From positions 1 through 11,045 of IMG/VR virus record IMGVR_UViG_3300010344_001272: DNA of 11,045 nt. One strand, 5' to 3'. Below the pieces are notes generated by a model. It had not been told where the DNA came from. It did no database searches and was given only the letters and a program-made list of their open reading frames with translations. This stretch comes from a virus. Taxonomy: Duplodnaviria; Heunggongvirae; Uroviricota; Caudoviricetes. This document shows positions 6,151 through 11,045 of the stretch, in pieces (the stretch's first letter is position 1; each line of letters begins with the position of its first letter). The position numbers were made by a program, and so were the translations under genes.

Positions 6151-6974
6151 TTGAGATCGTTAAAAATCGAAAAAGAGAAAAATATACATTTGCCAATATT
6201 AATTTACTTGGTAATTGTAATGCAGATTGCTATTTCTGTTTAGGAAAAGATATACTCCAGGAATTAGCAGGGAAAAATCAATTAAATATTCATTTTTCTA
6301 AATGGAAAAATTTTGAATATTTTTTGCAGCAATGCAAAAAAGAATCTGTAACAAAACTTTATTTAACTGGTCAAACAGCTGACGGATTACAATATCGTTA
6401 TCTCAGTGAAATAATTGACTATTTGCAAGATAAAGGCTTTATTGTTGGCGTTAGAACTAATGGATATTTAGCCGAAACTAAAATGGATTGCATCCATAAA
6501 ATGGATGGAGAAATTGGATATTCTATTCATACATTAAATCGTGAAAAGAATAAAATAATCATGGGAAAAAATTATCTCCCACACTGGGATAAGATAATTC
6601 CTGCTAGTGGTGAAAATGTACGAATATCAATCGTTTTAAATCGCTACAATATTGATGAGTTTGATGATTTAATAAACTTTGCATCTTCATTTCCAAACGT
6701 AAAATATATTCAAGTTAGAAGAATTTCCACAGATACTAGATTGGATTTGCTGCAAAAGGATATTGATATGTTTGAAGAATTTTATCAAAAATTTGCCCAA
6801 ACACATCAACAGGCCGGAAATTATTATTTAGCCCAAAAATATTTTTTAAATGGCAAAGAAATTAATTTTTGGAGAACAGTTGAAACCTCTTGTAATTCAT
6901 TGAATTATTTTACAGATGGAACTTGTAGCAACGAATATTTTATTGTAGAAGGATATTTAAAAAATCATGTATAA
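6147..6974 (+). CDS. Radical SAM superfamily protein (core fold only), 275 aa
   Basis: CxxxCxxC at C24-C28-C31 (CNADCYFC), LYLTGQTADGL in place of GGEP, VRTNG, IGYSIH, VRISIVL. Two further Cys near the C-terminus, not enough for a SPASM domain. Confidence 0.9.
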   Translation: MIEIVKNRKREKYTFANINLLGNCNADCYFCLGKDILQELAGKNQLNIHFSKWKNFEYFLQQCKKESVTKLYLTGQTADGLQYRYLSEIIDYLQDKGFIVGVRTNGYLAETKMDCIHKMDGEIGYSIHTLNREKNKIIMGKNYLPHWDKIIPASGENVRISIVLNRYNIDEFDDLINFASSFPNVKYIQVRRISTDTRLDLLQKDIDMFEEFYQKFAQTHQQAGNYYLAQKYFLNGKEINFWRTVETSCNSLNYFTDGTCSNEYFIVEGYLKNHV

Positions 6975-7398
6975 GCAAGATTCACCAAAACAGGTCATTA
7001 TAATTCGTAAAGACCTGAATATGAGAAAAGGAAAAATGATTGCACAGGGAGCGCACGCTTCGATGAAAGTCATAGCTGATATGATGCAACAATCGGGAGT
7101 TTGGTTTTCAGGAGATCATAAGGATTTTATAAAAGAAAACAAATTAACAATTGTTGTCGATTCTCCTCTCGATAAGTGGTTAAATGGAATATTTAAAAAA
7201 ATAGTTGTGGGTGCCGAAAATTTAAATGACATGATTACGGCCTATAACGAAGCTAAAAAGCAAGGAATTCCATGTTCATTAATCGAAGATGCAGGATTAA
7301 CTGAATTCGGCGGGCAAGTTACAATTACTGCTGCAGCAATAGGACCTGATTCACCAGAAAAAATTGACAAAATTACAGGAAATTTTGTACTTTTGTAA
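6967..7398 (+). CDS. pth2: Peptidyl-tRNA hydrolase, Pth2 (archaeal/eukaryotic-type) family, 143 aa
   Basis: KQVIIIRKDLNMRKGKMIAQGAHAS, KIVV, IEDAGLTEF, T.AAIGP, IDKITG. These are the canonical PTH2 signature blocks. Confidence 0.92.
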   Translation: MYKQDSPKQVIIIRKDLNMRKGKMIAQGAHASMKVIADMMQQSGVWFSGDHKDFIKENKLTIVVDSPLDKWLNGIFKKIVVGAENLNDMITAYNEAKKQGIPCSLIEDAGLTEFGGQVTITAAAIGPDSPEKIDKITGNFVLL

Positions 7399-7426
7399 AA
7401 CGCTTGACAATGTTTAGCATATAATA
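7396..7426 (+). promoter_or_regulatory. Putative phage promoter, TAAAAC-N18-TATAATA, upstream of the UDP-sugar dehydrogenase
   Basis: TAAAAC at 7396-7401 (overlapping the pth2 stop), 18-nt spacer, TATAAT at 7420-7425 followed by ATG. Shares the 10-mer ATATAATATG with the copy at 10945-10954. Confidence 0.6.
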
Positions 7427-7445
7427 TGAAAAAATACAATCAATT

Positions 7446-8309
7446 ATGCTAAGCGAAAAAAGAATAGGAATTGTTGGACAAGGATTTGTTGGCAATTCAA
7501 TAAAAGAAGGAATGATTAAAGATTATCCCAATTTGTTAACATTTGACATTCAACCGAGATTATCAATGTGTAAATCACTTGAAGAATTGGTTAAGCAAAC
7601 AAATGTAATTTTTATTTGCATTCCAACACCTATGCAAAAAGATGGAAAGTGCTATACTGGTTTGTTAGAAGAAGTTGTAGAAGATATATCACAATTAGTT
7701 TCTGATGATGATTATTTTAAGGATAAAATCCTTATTTTAAAAACAACCATTCCTCCTGGAACCACTAAAATGTTGCAGGATAAATATCCATCATTCTTCT
7801 TTGTATTTAATCCAGAGTTCCTAACAGAAGCAAATGCCGTTAATGATTTTAAAAATCAGAATCGCATTGTTTTAGGTGGAGATAGCGATGATGCACTAAA
7901 TGTAGTTTCTGATATTTATAAAAAATCATTTCCATTTATTCCTATTGTAAAAATGACATCACAGGAAGCAGAAATGGTTAAATATGTCACAAACACATTT
8001 TTATCAACAAAGGTTATTTTTGCTAATGAGATGTATCAAATTTGTGAAGGGCTTGGTATTGATTATGAAAGAGTTTATAAAGCAGCTAAGCTTGATACTA
8101 GATTAGGTGAATCACATTGGAAAGTTCCTGGGCCAGATGGAGATTTTGGGTTTGGTGGTCATTGTTTTCCAAAAGATACTAATGCAATAAAATATTTAGC
8201 CAATCAAAATGATGTTGATACAACTCTACTCGATGCTGTTCTTAAAAAGAATAACAAAATAAGAAAAAATCGAGAATGGGAAAATCAAAAAGGTAGATCA
8301 GTAATTTAA
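7446..8309 (+). CDS. UDP-glucose/GDP-mannose dehydrogenase family protein lacking the C-terminal UDP-binding domain, 287 aa
   Basis: Rossmann IGIVGQGFVG, FICIPTP, KTTIPPGTT, FNPEFLTE, AEMVKYVTNTFLSTKVIFANE, GFGGHCFPKD (catalytic Cys). Ends about 40 aa after the Cys motif. Sugar specificity cannot be read from the sequence. Confidence 0.88.
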   Translation: MLSEKRIGIVGQGFVGNSIKEGMIKDYPNLLTFDIQPRLSMCKSLEELVKQTNVIFICIPTPMQKDGKCYTGLLEEVVEDISQLVSDDDYFKDKILILKTTIPPGTTKMLQDKYPSFFFVFNPEFLTEANAVNDFKNQNRIVLGGDSDDALNVVSDIYKKSFPFIPIVKMTSQEAEMVKYVTNTFLSTKVIFANEMYQICEGLGIDYERVYKAAKLDTRLGESHWKVPGPDGDFGFGGHCFPKDTNAIKYLANQNDVDTTLLDAVLKKNNKIRKNREWENQKGRSVI

Positions 8310-8319
8310 AACAAATAAC

Positions 8320-8649
8320 ATGGAACAGACAAACAAAAAACAGAGTTTTTGGGATAAGAAGCCCTTTGAAAAAAACGTTTCTACCCCAGGAGAAGAAAAA
8401 TCGGTAAGTGACATTTTAAATGAAAAGCCAAGTTGGCTGTCATTTGATTATGATTTTGCCAAAATGGGAGATATTATAAGATTCATAATTACCTTTTGTG
8501 TTATGGGTCTTATAGTTATTTTTCTTGGAGATGCCCTTCAGCATATTACTTTTAAGATAACTGGAACATTTATGATAATCATTGGGGCCCTTTTAATTGT
8601 CACAGGGTTTGTCGTTCCAGTAGTTAAATGGCTAAATGACAACATGTAA
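8320..8649 (+). CDS. Predicted membrane protein with two TM helices, 109 aa
   Basis: Hydrophobic stretches IIRFIITFCVMGLIVIFLG and ITGTFMIIIGALLIVTGFVVPVV follow a charged N-terminal half. Confidence 0.75.
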   Translation: MEQTNKKQSFWDKKPFEKNVSTPGEEKSVSDILNEKPSWLSFDYDFAKMGDIIRFIITFCVMGLIVIFLGDALQHITFKITGTFMIIIGALLIVTGFVVPVVKWLNDNM

Positions 8650-8918
8650 TGAGTGAATGGGGCGAATCAGCAGGACCTGGAGACAGTGTAATTTACGTTC
8701 CTGATCATGCATTTGTAAATGACAAACCTAATTTTAAACATCCTGACTGTGAATATGGAATAATTAAATCTGCAAACAATAATTGGGTTTTTGTTAACTA
8801 TGTAGTAAATGGAATTGTTCAAGGCACGGCGAAAGCAACAAAGCCAAAGAATATATTTCTATTAAACGGAGATTGTTTTTTTGATGCAATAGAAGTATTT
8901 AACAAACTAAATAAATGA
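8649..8918 (+). CDS. Hypothetical protein, 89 aa
   Basis: TAATG- and ATGA-coupled open frame. The pattern GDSVIYVP...YGIIKS...VFVNY is loosely SH3/KOW-barrel-like but not diagnostic. Confidence 0.7.
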   Translation: MSEWGESAGPGDSVIYVPDHAFVNDKPNFKHPDCEYGIIKSANNNWVFVNYVVNGIVQGTAKATKPKNIFLLNGDCFFDAIEVFNKLNK

Positions 8919-9421
8919 GAACATTAACGATTGGTTTATTTGGAACATGTGGAAATTCTACATGGAGAAATAAGTTCATGGAAGAATATGATAAACAGAA
9001 AATACGATATTTTAATCCTCAAAAAGATGATTGGAAACCAGAGGATGCAGCTATTGAAGCAGAACATTTAGTTAATGACGATATCATACTCTTCCCTGTT
9101 ACTAACGAAACTTTTGGATTTGGAAGTTTAGCCGAAACAGGATTTTCTATTCTTCAGGCCATTAAACTAAATCAGAGACGTAATGTTATAGTAATGATTG
9201 ACCCAGATGTTCCTGTTCCTCAAGTTGAAGTATGGACTAGGGACAACGAATTATCAAGAAAAGATAGTATTCGAACAAGAGCCCTTGTAATGGCTCATCT
9301 AAAAAAATTGGATTATCCCAATGTTTATATTGTCAATAGTTTGGATAACATGCTAAAATTAAGCCTGCATTTGCATGCTATTGAAATTCTAAAAATGGGT
9401 GCTGAAAAATATTGTATATGA
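8915..9421 (+). CDS. Nucleoside 2-deoxyribosyltransferase-like (N-glycosidase fold) protein, 168 aa
   Basis: IGLFGTC..STWR, YFNPQKDDW, E..HL..DDIILF, TFGFGSLAETG match the layout of the NDT-like family (xFLxG..WR / FNP..DW / D.ILF / SLxExG), including the Glu in SLAE. Confidence 0.72.
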   Translation: MRTLTIGLFGTCGNSTWRNKFMEEYDKQKIRYFNPQKDDWKPEDAAIEAEHLVNDDIILFPVTNETFGFGSLAETGFSILQAIKLNQRRNVIVMIDPDVPVPQVEVWTRDNELSRKDSIRTRALVMAHLKKLDYPNVYIVNSLDNMLKLSLHLHAIEILKMGAEKYCI

Positions 9422-9600
9422 AATTAAAAAATCTTATTGAATTATTACAGCAGTATAATTTGGATGCAAATGTTCAAATAGTTGTTGATAGTCATCCTTG
9501 TGACTTTGAAATTTTGTATGGAAGTTCTGAAGGTTGTACAAAAGAAAATTGCGAAGATGTGTATTTGTCTATCGATTTATACAATCACGAAAATATGTAA
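9418..9600 (+). CDS. Hypothetical protein, 60 aa
   Basis: ATG at 9418 (ATGA overlap) preferred over the TTG at 9412. MKLKNLIELLQQYNLDANVQI is the MKvkELIexL..y..DxeV-type start common in small phage proteins. Confidence 0.7.
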   Translation: MKLKNLIELLQQYNLDANVQIVVDSHPCDFEILYGSSEGCTKENCEDVYLSIDLYNHENM

Positions 9601-9602
9601 TC

Positions 9603-10076
9603 ATGAAATATGTTGATGGAGATTTAATAGAATTAGCAAAGCAAGATAAATTTGATTTAATTGCTCATGGATGTAATTGTTTTAACACAATGGGCGCTGG
9701 CATTGCCAAAAGAATAAAAGAGGAATTTGAAGATGCGTATAATGCTGATAAAAGAACAATAAGTGGAGATATAAACAAACTTGGCAACTACTCAGAATCA
9801 TTTGTTAGTAATCACAATACGTGGGGAAAATTAAAAGTGATTAATTGCTACACGCAATATCATTATGGAAAAAATCATATTGATGGTAGTGAAAAACCTA
9901 TTGATTATGAAGCATTAACTTTATGTATGAGAAAAATAAATCATAATTATAAAGGAAAGAAAATAGGACTTCCAAAAATTGGGGCAGGATTAGCCGGTGG
10001 TGATTGGAATGTGATTGCCAAAATCATTGAGAGAGAATTAAAAGACCTTGATGTTACTGTTGTTTGTTTCAAATGA
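9603..10076 (+). CDS. Macrodomain protein (TARG1/DarG/T4 Tk.4-like ADP-ribose-processing family), 157 aa
   Basis: YVDGDL, IAHGCNCFNTMGAGIAKRIKEEF, VINCYTQ, IGLPKIGAGLAGGDW. Start is the ATG at 9603, 2 nt after the previous stop; the 9534 start in the track adds 23 implausible residues overlapping the upstream gene. Confidence 0.9.
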   Translation: MKYVDGDLIELAKQDKFDLIAHGCNCFNTMGAGIAKRIKEEFEDAYNADKRTISGDINKLGNYSESFVSNHNTWGKLKVINCYTQYHYGKNHIDGSEKPIDYEALTLCMRKINHNYKGKKIGLPKIGAGLAGGDWNVIAKIIERELKDLDVTVVCFK

Positions 10077-10324
10077 AATATACGAATTATCTGATTAATG
10101 GCGAGATTGTCGATTTATCTGCCTTTAATACTAATAAAATATATTTAAAACCTATAACTATACCATTGGGAATAACTGTGGCTGCTACTGGAGCCATTTT
10201 TATTGGAGGGTTAATTCCTATGGCTGTTGGCGTAGATACTGTAAGAAACTTAAAATGTTTATTATTAAAACAAGAACGCAAACATCGTTATAAGAAAAGA
10301 ATATATAATAAAAAAGTTCAATGA
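10073..10324 (+). CDS. Hypothetical protein with one Gly/Ala-rich hydrophobic segment and a basic tail, 83 aa
   Basis: ATGA-coupled at both ends. LGITVAATGAIFIGGLIPMAVGV followed by KQERKHRYKKRIYNKK. Confidence 0.7.
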   Translation: MKYTNYLINGEIVDLSAFNTNKIYLKPITIPLGITVAATGAIFIGGLIPMAVGVDTVRNLKCLLLKQERKHRYKKRIYNKKVQ

Positions 10325-10899
10325 CAACTCGCAGTACTATCTGGATCAAAAATCAAGACGACTCTCGTGACGGAATTTACTGCCATCACGATGGTTATCC
10401 CGACTATGTTGGGACAATTTTAATGCATAATTATAATGATGAAGAGATAGTTCGAGAATTAATATCTCTCGGAGGAATTTCCTCTTTAGCTGAAACAGTT
10501 GAAGAAACAAGACGACAATCATATCATATTTGGAGAGGAGAGGATCTTCAAATTTTTCATGCATTGGCCAATCTAGATATGCGCCAATATTTTCAGGAAT
10601 ATAATTACATATGGCAAGATGGTTCTTGGTGGATGGCTCGAGAAAATACTAACTTTGTTCCATTGGATCAAATAATTATGGAAGAAAAAAACGAAAAATT
10701 TTATCCTGTTTTGAATGAAATTTATAATCCTGATTTAAGTTTCATTAATACAGACGATTCTTGCCCTCCATATTTAAAGAAACAGTTTAAATCTTTTGCA
10801 AGAATGATTCATATGGAATTATCAGATGAAAAGTTTTCAGATTCAGAAATAGAAGATTATTTAGTCGATTTAGTTCGCCAAGTAATAGATGCAAGATAA
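10321..10899 (+). CDS. Conserved phage-type hypothetical protein (TRS..IYCHHDGYP motif), 192 aa
   Basis: MTTRSTI...GIYCHHDGYPDYVGTILMHNY...LISLGGISSL and FQEYNYIWQDGSW follow a pattern I recognise from widespread phage hypotheticals. Function unknown. Confidence 0.8.
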   Translation: MTTRSTIWIKNQDDSRDGIYCHHDGYPDYVGTILMHNYNDEEIVRELISLGGISSLAETVEETRRQSYHIWRGEDLQIFHALANLDMRQYFQEYNYIWQDGSWWMARENTNFVPLDQIIMEEKNEKFYPVLNEIYNPDLSFINTDDSCPPYLKKQFKSFARMIHMELSDEKFSDSEIEDYLVDLVRQVIDAR

Positions 10900-10922
10900 T
10901 TTTTTCTGCAATAACTATATTT

Positions 10923-10952
10923 TAAAACTTTTCAAAATCTTCATATATAATA
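10923..10952 (+). promoter_or_regulatory. Putative phage promoter, TAAAAC-N17-TATAATA
   Basis: TAAAAC at 10923-10928, 17-nt spacer, TATAAT at 10946-10951 followed by ATG, in intergenic DNA. Third copy of the motif. Confidence 0.6.
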
Positions 10953-10959
10953 TGTAAAG

Positions 10960-10968
10960 GTTCTTTGA
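10960..10968 (+). promoter_or_regulatory. boxA-like antitermination element (GTTCTTTGA)
   Basis: Lies 8 nt downstream of the TATAAT, at the expected 5' end of the transcript. Resembles rrn-leader boxA (E. coli TGCTCTTTA; GTTCTTTGA-type variants in other bacteria). Confidence 0.4.
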
Positions 10969-11045
10969 TTTTTCTGTAGTTAGTAATTGCGGTACTTCGT
11001 AATAAATTAAACAATTACTTATGATCAATTCTATCTGAAAACCCC

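Noticed and set aside
7404-7425. Perfect TTGACA (7404-7409) and TATAAT (7420-7425) suggesting a canonical sigma70 promoter
   Set aside because: The spacer is only 10 nt, incompatible with 16-18 nt. The TATAAT is better explained by the AAAAC-N18 motif, and the other two copies have no TTGACA.
8320-8649. Holin call for the 2-TM protein
   Set aside because: No endolysin or spanin nearby, no dual-start motif and no charged C-terminal tail. Topology alone is insufficient.
9715-9743. TAAAAG-N17-TATAAT resembling the promoter motif
   Set aside because: It is mid-gene in the macrodomain CDS, with G instead of C in the upstream element and no trailing A. Likely chance in AT-rich DNA.
43-10564. Minus-strand ORFs (43-231, 1315-1557, 2332-2631, 4954-5226, 7242-7439, 10087-10281, 10346-10564) and the nested + strand ORF 1130-1318
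   Set aside because: All lie within (or almost entirely within) well-supported + strand genes and have no motifs. The Leu/Phe-rich 2332-2631 frame is just the antisense shadow of GAA repeats.
3-10899. Possible stop-codon reassignment (no gene ends in TAG: 12 TAA, 10 TGA)
   Set aside because: All genes are full-length under the standard bacterial code with no in-frame TAG or TGA interruptions, and TGA clearly terminates at ATGA junctions. TAG avoidance is ordinary in AT-rich genomes.
10900-10905. T6 tracts directly after stop codons (also 3075-3080) as intrinsic terminators
   Set aside because: No GC-rich hairpin precedes either tract.

Overview
AT-rich (roughly 30% GC by eye), densely packed block of 22 co-oriented + strand genes, many translationally coupled by ATGA/TAATG overlaps, with no recognisable Shine-Dalgarno motifs. 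The mix of small orphan ORFs and scattered metabolic enzymes reads as an auxiliary/host-takeover region of a large (jumbo-type) bacteriophage, possibly with a Bacteroidota host. This is inference: no virion or replication hallmark gene lies in the window. The main signal is a deamidating (Preiss-Handler-type) NAD+ salvage set: NH3-dependent NAD synthetase nadE, nicotinamidase pncA and nicotinate phosphoribosyltransferase pncB. It differs chemically from the described phage NAD+ reconstitution pathways NARP1 (Adps+Namat) and NARP2 (Nampt+Nmnat), and the adenylyltransferase step is missing from this window. Also present are a TARG1/DarG-like macrodomain, a nucleoside 2-deoxyribosyltransferase-like protein, two core-only radical SAM enzymes, a Pth2-type peptidyl-tRNA hydrolase, a TYW3-like small protein, a UDP-sugar dehydrogenase lacking its C-terminal domain, a UVR-motif protein, a very acidic protein and an unannotated 43-aa Lys-tailed ORF. 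A thrice-repeated promoter-like motif (AAAAC-N17/18-TATAATA) occurs at gene junctions, and the last copy is followed by a boxA-like sequence. No rRNA, tRNA, CRISPR array, transposase or integrase was seen.
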